A stretch of DNA of 64,000 nt from Actinomycetota bacterium. Lineage in GTDB: Bacteria > Actinomycetota > UBA4738. Within the stretch, counting starts at the first letter, position 1. Every line of letters begins with the position of its first letter. Shown in pieces: positions 1 through 8,449 of the stretch. The stretch lies in NCBI GenBank assembly GCA_036259835.1, contig DATABA010000031.1, positions 472 to 64,471 on the forward strand, written 5' to 3'. Both the position numbers and the translations under genes were made by a program. Below the pieces are notes generated by a model that saw nothing but the letters and a program-made list of their open reading frames with translations, was not told the DNA's origin and did not search any database.

Positions 1-6
1 AATGAC

Positions 7-1011
7 GTGGCGAGCTCTGAACTGATTCCCGACACACAACACGACCGGCGACGACTCGATGAGCGAATCGCCCACGTGCTTCTCCGTCGCCGGAATCGAG
101 AGGTGTCCGAACGGCGCAAGCGACTGTGGCTTGGAGTCGCCACCGTCCTCTTCTCGGGGGCCTTCGTGCTGGGCTTCGCAACTCTGCCGGACATACGGCA
201 GCCGGTTCGGTGGCACTTCTTCGTCCTGTCAGGTCTGCTCGGGGCGCCGGCACTCGTTGCTCTCGGTGCCGCGGAGTACGACGCGTCGGCCCGACTGTTG
301 GGCCATGGCCAGGTGCCGGCGCGTGAAGCTCTCCGCCTCAGCATTCTTTCCACGGCCGCGAACCTTCTGCCCATTCCCGGATCCGTCATTGTTCGGACGG
401 CGGCGCTGTATCGCCTCGGATCACCCCTCGGCGGAGCGGTTCTTTCGACTCTAACGGTCGGACTCTCCTGGGTCGCCACAGGAGCGCTCATCATCGGCGG
501 GGCGCTGCTGGCCGACTCGCCGGACGCGCTTGGCGTCGTGTTGCTGGTCGGAGGGGCCATCTCCATGATCGGCATCTATGTGCTCATGCGGCGTATCCGC
601 GGGCCCGCCGGCGTCAATTCTCTCTTCGTTCGAATCGTGGCCATCGAATCGCTCTACGTGGTCGTCGGGGCCGTAAGGTTCCTGCTGGTCGTTGCGGGCT
701 TGGGCCTCTCACCCTCATTGAGCCAGGCAGCTGCCCTGACGCTCAGTGGGATGGTTGCGTCCATGACCGGAATCTTTCCTGGGGGCTTGGGTATCAGGGA
801 ACTCGCCGCCGGCGCCATCAGCCCGCTGATCAACCTCCCGGCGTCGGTCGGAATCGTCGCAGCGTCGATCATCCGGATAGCGAACCTGGCGGTACTGGTC
901 CCCATTGCGTTGGTTTTCCTTCACGGGCGGGATAACCAGATGATGAAACCAATCGAGGCCGGCAGTGAGATCGGCGGTCCTCTAGCTGGGTCTGAAACCC
1001 GTGAACCCTGA
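7..1011 (+). CDS. Polytopic membrane protein, flippase-like (LPG-synthase TM / UPF0104-like); may be 5'-partial
   Basis: 334-aa ORF with about 8 hydrophobic helices and Gly/Ala/Leu-rich segments (..GIFPGGLGIRELAAG..) typical of flippase-like TM domains. There is no upstream stop in frame before the window edge. Its last 11 nt overlap the sulfotransferase start. Confidence 0.55.
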   Translation: MASSELIPDTQHDRRRLDERIAHVLLRRRNREVSERRKRLWLGVATVLFSGAFVLGFATLPDIRQPVRWHFFVLSGLLGAPALVALGAAEYDASARLLGHGQVPAREALRLSILSTAANLLPIPGSVIVRTAALYRLGSPLGGAVLSTLTVGLSWVATGALIIGGALLADSPDALGVVLLVGGAISMIGIYVLMRRIRGPAGVNSLFVRIVAIESLYVVVGAVRFLLVVAGLGLSPSLSQAAALTLSGMVASMTGIFPGGLGIRELAAGAISPLINLPASVGIVAASIIRIANLAVLVPIALVFLHGRDNQMMKPIEAGSEIGGPLAGSETREP

Positions 1012-1957
1012 CCGAATCAAGGTCCTGTGCTTGGTCGGCAAGGGGAGGTCGGGCGGAACCTTGCTCAACAATCTGCTCGGCCAGATCGATGGTTTTGTGG
1101 CCCCCGGCGAACTGCGGCACCTGTGGGGATGGGGCCTTCAACAGGGTTCGCTGTGTGGGTGCGGAGAGCCGCTTCCCCAATGCGCTTTCTGGCAGGAAGT
1201 CCTGAAGACGGCCTTTGATGGAAGAGCCGCGGACCCGAGCACGATCGTTGCCTGGGAGAGGGAAATCCTTTCGTGGCGAGCCGTGCCACGCATGATCATG
1301 CAGTCGCCGCACGGTCGCCCGCGATGGCAGGCTCTCACGTCGTACGTGAACGTGATGAGCCGAATCTATCGGGCGTTGGCGACGACCACAGCAGCCAATG
1401 TGATCGTGGAGTCCACCAAGTGGGCGGCCTCACCCACCGCGCTCGGTCTGGTTCCGGGGACCGACTCGTACGTCCTGCACCTTGTGCGAGACCCCCGCGC
1501 AGTCATCTATTCGTGGAAAAACCGAGACAAGCGCTGGGTGGATCGCCCCGGCACTCCCGCGATGGAACGGTTCGGCCCCTTCTTTTCGGTGGCCAGTTGG
1601 TGGGCGCGCAACTCCATGGCTCACATGACGGGATTTCGACGCGGCGATCACCGGTATGTGCGGTATCGGTACGAAGACTTCATTCGGGACCCTCGGGGCG
1701 CGCTCCGAAGGATCTGCGCCTGGCTCGGTGAACCCGACGCCGACCTTTCATTCATGTCGAATGGAAAGGTCACGATCGCGCCGACTCACACCGTCGCCGG
1801 AAATCCCAACCGGTTTCGAACCGGTGAAATAGAAATTCGCCTCGATGATGAGTGGCTGGGCCGCCAGCCGCTGCCGGATCGACTCGTCGGCACGCTTTTT
1901 TCGATGCCCTTGTTGCAGCTCTACGGGTATCCCCTCCTGCCACAGAAAGGCAGGTAG
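1001..1957 (+). CDS. Sulfotransferase family protein
   Basis: The N-terminal PAPS 5'-phosphosulfate loop is present (KVLCLVGKGRSGGTLLNNLLG). A 3'-phosphate-binding-like motif follows (LVRDPRAVIYSW). Length is 318 aa. Confidence 0.8.
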   Translation: MNPDRIKVLCLVGKGRSGGTLLNNLLGQIDGFVAPGELRHLWGWGLQQGSLCGCGEPLPQCAFWQEVLKTAFDGRAADPSTIVAWEREILSWRAVPRMIMQSPHGRPRWQALTSYVNVMSRIYRALATTTAANVIVESTKWAASPTALGLVPGTDSYVLHLVRDPRAVIYSWKNRDKRWVDRPGTPAMERFGPFFSVASWWARNSMAHMTGFRRGDHRYVRYRYEDFIRDPRGALRRICAWLGEPDADLSFMSNGKVTIAPTHTVAGNPNRFRTGEIEIRLDDEWLGRQPLPDRLVGTLFSMPLLQLYGYPLLPQKGR

Positions 1958-1971
1958 TACCCGCCACAACA

Positions 1972-4290
1972 TCACATTCGGCGGTGCCGCTCCCGCGACC
2001 AGACGAACCAACCGAGCAATACAAGCGAAATAACCGCTATCAGCGATACACCGAGGCCCGCCCGGATCGAGGAGTCGTTGTAGACGAGTCGAACCGTGTG
2101 TCGACCAGCGGGCATGGCGATGGCCTGAACCAGGAAGTTTGCGGGCAATATGCGTGTCTTTCGGCCGTCGACCGTCGCGCGCCAGTTTTGATCGTATGGC
2201 GTGCGAACCAGGAGCAAGCTGGGCTGGTGGGCGAAGACGCGGATCACCGCCTCATGGGGACCGCGGGTCGCGTACTGGACACTGGATCGATCACCCGAGC
2301 GCCGTCGTGGATCGGCGGTGAGCGCGCCGCCCGGCAGTCCCGGCGGCTCCTCGAGCACGGCAGTCGTCGATGGGTCGAACCCGGGCTCGCGGATCGCCCG
2401 AAGCGCCTCCTCAGGCGTAGGAACAACGGTCCACCTCGTGAGCAGGGACGCGCGGGCCGGCACCGCACTCAGCTCGTAGATGCTCAGGTCGCCGCGGGGC
2501 TCGAGCACCCGCGAAGCGCCGGGCCGAACCCATGGTGCGGCCACGACGTATCTCACCTGGAGGAGATCGAAGACTGCTCGCGGAGGATCCCGGAAGAGCG
2601 AGAGGTTGTACCGGAGCGGAACCGTCGTCATCGCCCGCACGAACATCCAGTACCGGAGAAGTTGAACCGGGTTGTATCCCTGAACGTGCTCGACCCGAAA
2701 CAGAGTGGAGCGCGGATCAGCCTGGAGGCGTTCCCACCCGGATGCATTTTGAAGGAGGTATCGGCCTCGGGGCAGCGTTTGGAGCGCACGCGCGAGGGGG
2801 TCGGGCCGGACGTATGAGGCCGTGTCGATGGTTGGTTCTGCTCGGTCCACGAGGAGTCTTGGGATGGGAGCAAATGGCGGGCGCCGGTAGCCGATAAGAC
2901 CGCTTCCAACCATCTCGGCTGCCACGACGACGGGCGCGATGAAGGCGAGGGGGCGCGTCCGCGCCAGGACGAACACCGGTATCGAGACAGCGACTCCGGC
3001 CCACAGAAACGAAAGTTCGAACGGCGTGGCTCCGAAGATTGGCGGCAGAAGCCCCCAGACCAATGCAGACAGAGCGATCGCCCCCACCAGCGGGCGCCCC
3101 CGCTCCTCCGTCAGCCATGCCTCCAGCCCCAATGCGGAGAGGACGGCCATGATCAAAAGCAGGCCATACCCCCACCACTCGGGGCTATGCAAATACAGAT
3201 CAGCCAGGCGGGAAGACGCCGCGTGCTCCGCGACCTCGCTCGCGACTGGGCGAAGTGTCAACACATAGAACAACAACCCGAGGACCGCCAGACCACCTCC
3301 CAAATACCGGAACCGCTTCGAAAACAACGCCCCGAACATCACGCCGAGGGGAAGGGCGCCCAGGTGGGTGCCCGGGGTGGTCGCGAATTTCAGAGGCCAG
3401 TCGGGGCTGCTCGCGGGTATGACGCGGCGCAGCATCGTTCCGCTGAGCTCGCCAGAAAGCCGATCGAGAGCCGCATATCCGAGCCCGATGCTCGTTCGGG
3501 GAAGGTACCCAAGTCTTGGAAGGAGGTACGCCATATTGATGAGAACGAAACCGGGAAGCAGAAGCGCACCGAGCACGAGGATCGACCGCCTGCCGCCAAC
3601 GTGAGCCACCAAGCGCCGATCCCACGCCTTCGCGATGAGGTACGCCGCCAAAATCGCGGTCCCCATCGCCAATCCCACGCTGAAGTGAGCGGCCGCAATT
3701 TGCCCCCACGACAACGCCGTGGCGCCACACCAGGCGACGCGAGCCGCATTCGTCCCGGCGTGGAGATATCGGGAACAGGCCCCCAGCGAGACCGCCGTCC
3801 ACGCGAGTGACGCGGCGAGGGGCAATGAATGCGTGAGTTGGGATCCGGCGATCCCCAAGGCCAACGCCAGTCCTCCAACCGTTGCCGATGGCCGGCCCGT
3901 ACCTTCGGATCGGAGAAACCAATAGATTCCGAGCCCGGCGAGCACCGGCTGAAGCACGACCATCCACCGGATCGCCACGTCGCATGGAAGCGTCGTAAAG
4001 AGACCCATGGCCGGCAAATACATCCATCCGGATTGTGGGTCCGAGGCAAAGGGGACTCCGGCCATGGTGTAGGGGTTCCATAGGGGAAGATCGCCCGAGG
4101 CCACACTTCGTCCCAGATGGCAAAACGTTGGAAGCCAGAACGTCGGAAGGTCGCCGTTTGCAATCTTCCCTCCAAAGGCCGTGCGATTCAGAAGCACCAG
4201 AACCGCCCCGAGGATGAGAAGTGGACCGGCCAAGACTGGGACGAACGAACGCCAGCCGCTCGATCGTTGATCGCGGCGTGCCTGTCGCAT
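1972..4290 (-). CDS. YfhO-like polytopic membrane protein (putative glycan/glycolipid glycosyltransferase)
   Basis: 772 aa. The N-terminus (..DLPTFWLPTFCHLGRSVASGDLPLWNPYTMAGVPFASDPQSGWMYLP..) matches the conserved YfhO entry motif. Many TM helices are followed by a C-terminal soluble domain and a terminal TM helix. Confidence 0.7.
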   Translation of the reverse strand: MRQARRDQRSSGWRSFVPVLAGPLLILGAVLVLLNRTAFGGKIANGDLPTFWLPTFCHLGRSVASGDLPLWNPYTMAGVPFASDPQSGWMYLPAMGLFTTLPCDVAIRWMVVLQPVLAGLGIYWFLRSEGTGRPSATVGGLALALGIAGSQLTHSLPLAASLAWTAVSLGACSRYLHAGTNAARVAWCGATALSWGQIAAAHFSVGLAMGTAILAAYLIAKAWDRRLVAHVGGRRSILVLGALLLPGFVLINMAYLLPRLGYLPRTSIGLGYAALDRLSGELSGTMLRRVIPASSPDWPLKFATTPGTHLGALPLGVMFGALFSKRFRYLGGGLAVLGLLFYVLTLRPVASEVAEHAASSRLADLYLHSPEWWGYGLLLIMAVLSALGLEAWLTEERGRPLVGAIALSALVWGLLPPIFGATPFELSFLWAGVAVSIPVFVLARTRPLAFIAPVVVAAEMVGSGLIGYRRPPFAPIPRLLVDRAEPTIDTASYVRPDPLARALQTLPRGRYLLQNASGWERLQADPRSTLFRVEHVQGYNPVQLLRYWMFVRAMTTVPLRYNLSLFRDPPRAVFDLLQVRYVVAAPWVRPGASRVLEPRGDLSIYELSAVPARASLLTRWTVVPTPEEALRAIREPGFDPSTTAVLEEPPGLPGGALTADPRRRSGDRSSVQYATRGPHEAVIRVFAHQPSLLLVRTPYDQNWRATVDGRKTRILPANFLVQAIAMPAGRHTVRLVYNDSSIRAGLGVSLIAVISLVLLGWFVWSRERHRRM

Positions 4291-4350
4291 GTGCGGGCGA
4301 TACTAAGTGGTCGACCTAACCGAGCCCATGTCGGCTGATACAGTGCCGAC

Positions 4351-6357
4351 GTGTCGACGGACCAGTTGACGTCGAAGGATTTACGTTCTTCTCAAAGTCG
4401 CGAGATTCAACGCGCGGTCGTTCGTTCGCACATGCCCGCATTCGCTTTGACTGCATTGACCGGAGCGCTTCTGGTCGCGTTCTACACGGGCCTTTATTAC
4501 GTGAATGACTACCGGTTCCCCATTGGATGGGACACAGCCCGCTACCTGTTCCATACGAACTTCATCGCGGAGCGAGGGTTCGGAACCGAGATTCCGCATC
4601 TGTTGCCGCTGGCCGAGCCCCTCACCGCGAACAGGCCAGGATTTCCCGTCCTTGCCCTGACGCTCTCGAGCCTCTTCTCAACGTCTACGTTTCGCGTGGC
4701 GACCCCGATCCCCCTTGCCGGTGCTATCGCGACGGCCCTGGCTGTCGGGGCGTTTGCCTCGGCAGCGCTCGGCTTGAAGCGATGGGAAATGCTCGTCGTC
4801 ACCCTCATGGCCGCCGTATCGGCCCCCCTCATCCGACTGCTGGCTCCTGAGACCTACACCGACAACCTGATGGCGGCGGCTATTTGCATGGCGGCGCTTC
4901 TCCCGGTCATGGCAGTCGTGAAGCACGGAACTTCGTTCGTGCCGGCAATGATCTTGTTCGGGATCGGAGGCATCATCCACCCTGTATCCCTCGCCATCGT
5001 TCTGGGCGCTCTTGTCATTACCGCCATCGCATATGGCCCGTCGTCGTGGCGTGAGTGGCGAAGCGGCCAAGTGCCATTGGTTGCAACATCCTCTGCGCGC
5101 CTCGGACTCGTCCTTTCGGGCTCGGCCGCCGTAGCCGGTCTGGGAATTCTCGCTCTCAGCCCAGGCGGTCCGGATATTCGGACCGTGTATCGCGGAGAGC
5201 TCGAGAAGAAGCTTCGAGAGGACCTCCCGCTATACCGATTTCCGCTCACGCTCCCGTTGGCCGGTGTGGGAGCGGCCGCCGTGTCCGCTTGGCGATCCCG
5301 GCCTCCTCGATGGCGACTGGGAGGAGGATTTGCGCTCGTGCTCTTGCTTTCGTGGGCCGTGGTCACAGCCATCGGAATCCTTCTGTTCGTTGCGGGAAGC
5401 GATGTCTCTCTTCATCGATTCCTTGCGTTCTTCCTTCCCCTTCCGCTGCTAATGGGGGTCGGGATACTGGCCTTGGGCCGGCTTCTGAGATCCAGGACCT
5501 CGGTGATATCCGGCGTGTTGATTGTGGTCTTTGCCACGGGAGCGTTCGTGTTCCTCGGGGCTCGCGACCTCTACCGGACCATCCCGGACGAGCGAGGAAT
5601 CCAATGGATCGACAAGGGAAAGATCGACGATGCTCTCACCGCTGGCCGGTACCTCGATATGACGGGGGTTTCGGCGAACGAGCCTGTCGTCTTCGTCATC
5701 GACGACCATGGCCCCAACCCGGTGGTGTCCGTCTCGCAGCTCATCTATGTCATTGCGGCCAATCTTCGTCCCGAGCGAACGGAGCAAGCGCACTTCTACT
5801 TCGGGGATCCCGAACGCTACCTCCAGGGGAAGCCGACGGTCCGGCCGGGCCGTCCTCTCTACAACCAAATGAGCGCGCTGCTGTGGCGCGACATCCAGCC
5901 GCTCATCCGCACGAAGCCCATCGCCCTCGTGCTGGCTTCCTACAACCCTCAGTACCTGGAGACTGTCTCCCGGCATCCCGAGTTGCGGACGCTCAACAAC
6001 ACAATGGTCCTGAATGGCCCCGATCCCCCGACGTCAAAGCTCCGCAACCTCATCCCGGCCAGTGGGCCGCTCCGGATCTTGAGCTTGCAGTTGGCGACCC
6101 TGCTCGTCCTTTTCCTGGCGGGGCTCGGGTGGGCGATCGTCCTACTCCCCAGAGGGCTTCGGTCACGCGAGGTCCTCGCCGTCGCGCCTGCGGTTGGCAT
6201 CGCCTTCGTCGTGGCCGCGGGAGTGTTGCTCGACCGCGCAGGAGTCCGACCTGCCGGATTGGCCGCAGCGGCAACGCCGCTCCTGATCGCCATCCCCGGG
6301 TGGGTGCTCGCGGCGCGTCGGGTCGTTCGAACTCCCGATCTCTTCTCCACCGACTGA
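4351..6357 (+). CDS. Large polytopic membrane protein with extracytoplasmic C-domain (GT-C-like by inference); paralog of 8433..10442
   Basis: 668 aa with about 12 TM helices, a soluble domain and then terminal TM helices. Conserved blocks are shared with the 669-aa ORF at 8433 (FY..Y....G.DT..Y ; P.V.V..D....P ... HFYFGDPERYL vs HLFWGAPRDFL). Confidence 0.55.
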   Translation: MSTDQLTSKDLRSSQSREIQRAVVRSHMPAFALTALTGALLVAFYTGLYYVNDYRFPIGWDTARYLFHTNFIAERGFGTEIPHLLPLAEPLTANRPGFPVLALTLSSLFSTSTFRVATPIPLAGAIATALAVGAFASAALGLKRWEMLVVTLMAAVSAPLIRLLAPETYTDNLMAAAICMAALLPVMAVVKHGTSFVPAMILFGIGGIIHPVSLAIVLGALVITAIAYGPSSWREWRSGQVPLVATSSARLGLVLSGSAAVAGLGILALSPGGPDIRTVYRGELEKKLREDLPLYRFPLTLPLAGVGAAAVSAWRSRPPRWRLGGGFALVLLLSWAVVTAIGILLFVAGSDVSLHRFLAFFLPLPLLMGVGILALGRLLRSRTSVISGVLIVVFATGAFVFLGARDLYRTIPDERGIQWIDKGKIDDALTAGRYLDMTGVSANEPVVFVIDDHGPNPVVSVSQLIYVIAANLRPERTEQAHFYFGDPERYLQGKPTVRPGRPLYNQMSALLWRDIQPLIRTKPIALVLASYNPQYLETVSRHPELRTLNNTMVLNGPDPPTSKLRNLIPASGPLRILSLQLATLLVLFLAGLGWAIVLLPRGLRSREVLAVAPAVGIAFVVAAGVLLDRAGVRPAGLAAAATPLLIAIPGWVLAARRVVRTPDLFSTD

Positions 6358-6365
6358 CGGCTGCG

Positions 6366-7514
6366 GTGCGGATCGCCGTCGATGCCAGACCCGCTGCGTT
6401 CCCCTATCCGACGGGGGTCGGACAGTACACGCGGCAGCTGTTGCGGCTTCTCCCACGACTGGATCCGCAGTCGACGTATCTCGCGTGGTACCTCAACGCG
6501 CGAGGGGTGTTGGGCGGTCCGCGCCGTATGTTCACGGACATCGCCGCCCCCAATCTCCGAGAGCAATGGACTCCGCTGCCCGCGAGATGGTTCCGGCCAC
6601 TGGAGCAGCGCTTCGAGCTTCCGCGCGTGGAATGGCTGGTCGGCTTCGACGTCTTCTTCGCGCCGAACTTCATCCCGCCGCCGACCAGAACGAACCGACT
6701 CGTCATGACGGTCCACGACGTGGCATTCCGGCTGTTTCCGGAAACCGCTCCACACGGCACCCTCAGATGGCTGACGCGGCTCGACCGAGCGCTCCGGCAG
6801 GCCGCCCGAATCATTGTGGTATCCGAGCAGACGAAGCGAGACCTTCTCGAGCAGTACGGCGTCGCCGAACGCCAGGTCGTCGTGGTCCCCAATGGGGTCG
6901 ACGCGAACGCGTTTCAACACGTCACCGACACGGATGTGAGTGCGGCGCGTGAGCAGCTCGGAATTGCCGGTCCCTATCTCCTCTTCCTCGGCGGAATCGA
7001 GCCGAGAAAGAACCTGCCCGCCGTCGTCCGCGCGTTCGCCCGGCTCCCTCCGGATGTCCGGCCGCTGCTCGTGATCGCGGGCTGGCGAACCGAATGGAAC
7101 CCCGAAGGTTGGAACGCGCTCCAGCAGGCGCTCGGTGAGGTCGCCACTGAGATCCGTTCGCGTATCCACGTCACGGGTTACGTTCCGGAGAAACGGAAGG
7201 CAGCGCTCCTAGCGGGGGCTGAAGCACTCGTCTACCCCTCGCGGTACGAGGGCTTCGGGCTGCAGGTCCTGGAAGCGATGGCTGCGGGCACGCCGGTTCT
7301 GACGTCCAACGTTTCCGCGCTCCCCGAAGTGGCAGGTGACGCCGCGCTCCTTGTCGATCCGACCGATCTTGAATCGATCGCCGGCGGAATGGAAAAACTG
7401 CTTCGGGACCACCAACTTCGGAAGGATCTTCGCGAACGCGGACGAGCACGGGCGGAGCGGTTCAGCTGGGAGGAGACTGCCCGGCGGACCGTTGAGGTCC
7501 TCCACCAAGCGTAG
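6366..7514 (+). CDS. Glycosyltransferase family 4 (GT-B, GT1/GT4 type)
   Basis: Begins MRIAVDARP.. from a GTG at 6366 in the frame of track ORF 5055..7514. The C-terminal EX7E-type motif is present (YPSRYEGFGLQVLEAMAAGTPVLTSNVSALPEVAG). The upstream part of the long track ORF is a shadow of 4351..6357. Confidence 0.85.
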   Translation: MRIAVDARPAAFPYPTGVGQYTRQLLRLLPRLDPQSTYLAWYLNARGVLGGPRRMFTDIAAPNLREQWTPLPARWFRPLEQRFELPRVEWLVGFDVFFAPNFIPPPTRTNRLVMTVHDVAFRLFPETAPHGTLRWLTRLDRALRQAARIIVVSEQTKRDLLEQYGVAERQVVVVPNGVDANAFQHVTDTDVSAAREQLGIAGPYLLFLGGIEPRKNLPAVVRAFARLPPDVRPLLVIAGWRTEWNPEGWNALQQALGEVATEIRSRIHVTGYVPEKRKAALLAGAEALVYPSRYEGFGLQVLEAMAAGTPVLTSNVSALPEVAGDAALLVDPTDLESIAGGMEKLLRDHQLRKDLRERGRARAERFSWEETARRTVEVLHQA

Positions 7515-7525
7515 GATCGCTCCTC

Positions 7526-8449
7526 GTGCGCGTACTGATTACGGGTGCGGCCGGGTTCGTTGGAGCGAACCTCGTCGTGTACCTGCTCGAACGGGGCCAC
7601 GACGTCGTGGCTCTCGACGATCTGTCCGCGGGGGCTCGGCCCTCCTGGTGGGCCCGAGACTCCCGTCCCGCCTCCGTCGAGGCAAGCATCGAAGATCACG
7701 ACGCGGTCCGGCAGGCCATGGAGGGCGTGGATGGGGTCGTGCACCTTGCCGCCCGGCCCGGCGTGGCGGACTCAGTCGACCGCCCGGATCTGGACTTCAG
7801 GACCAACGTCCTTGGCACGTTCACGGTGTTCGACGCAGCACGCCAATCGGATGTGTCGCGGTTCGTCTTCGCGTCCTCTGGAGCCGTCCTGGCAGCCGCA
7901 ACCCCGCCGCTGCGCGAGGACATGGCACCGGCTCCGAAATCACCGTACGGCGCATCGAAGCTCTACGGCGAGGGGATCACCGCGGCCGGCGACGCGTTCG
8001 GAATCGTGGGGATTTCGCTGCGGTTCTCGAACGTCTATGGTCCCCACTGCGCCCACAAGAAGAGCGTGGTCGCCAGCTTCCTGAGCCGCGCGTTGACGGG
8101 CAAGCCGCTCGTGATTTACGGCGACGGCACCCAGACCAGAGACTTCATCTACGTGGAGGACATCTGCGCCGCGATCGTGCACGCGCTCTCGGCCGATGAG
8201 GGCGGCGTCTACCACCTCGGAACGGGCATCGAGACCTCCGTCAACGATCTGGCCGAAAGCGTCATCAAGATTGCCGGTACGCAGGTGGAGATCGAACGGC
8301 AGCCCCCCCGCCCTGCCGATGCCACGCGCAGCTTCGTGGAGTACGAGGCTGCACGCAAGGCGCTCGGGTGGTCCCCTCAGGTAAGTCTGGACGAAGGCCT
8401 GACTCGAACGGCCGCCTGGATGCGTTCGAGCAGTGGCCATGAGGCCTGA
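7526..8449 (+). CDS. NAD-dependent epimerase/dehydratase (UDP-sugar 4-epimerase-like SDR)
   Basis: Rossmann motif MRVLITGAAGFVGANL and catalytic YxxxK (SPYGASKLYGE). Length 307 aa. Confidence 0.9.
   Translation: MRVLITGAAGFVGANLVVYLLERGHDVVALDDLSAGARPSWWARDSRPASVEASIEDHDAVRQAMEGVDGVVHLAARPGVADSVDRPDLDFRTNVLGTFTVFDAARQSDVSRFVFASSGAVLAAATPPLREDMAPAPKSPYGASKLYGEGITAAGDAFGIVGISLRFSNVYGPHCAHKKSVVASFLSRALTGKPLVIYGDGTQTRDFIYVEDICAAIVHALSADEGGVYHLGTGIETSVNDLAESVIKIAGTQVEIERQPPRPADATRSFVEYEAARKALGWSPQVSLDEGLTRTAAWMRSSSGHEA

Noticed and set aside
5055-6365. N-terminal ~435 aa of track ORF 5055..7514
   Set aside because: It is an alternative-frame shadow over the 668-aa membrane protein gene, and the product is Arg/Gly/Pro-rich. 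Only the part from GTG 6366 onward (MRIAVDARP..) matches a GT4 glycosyltransferase.
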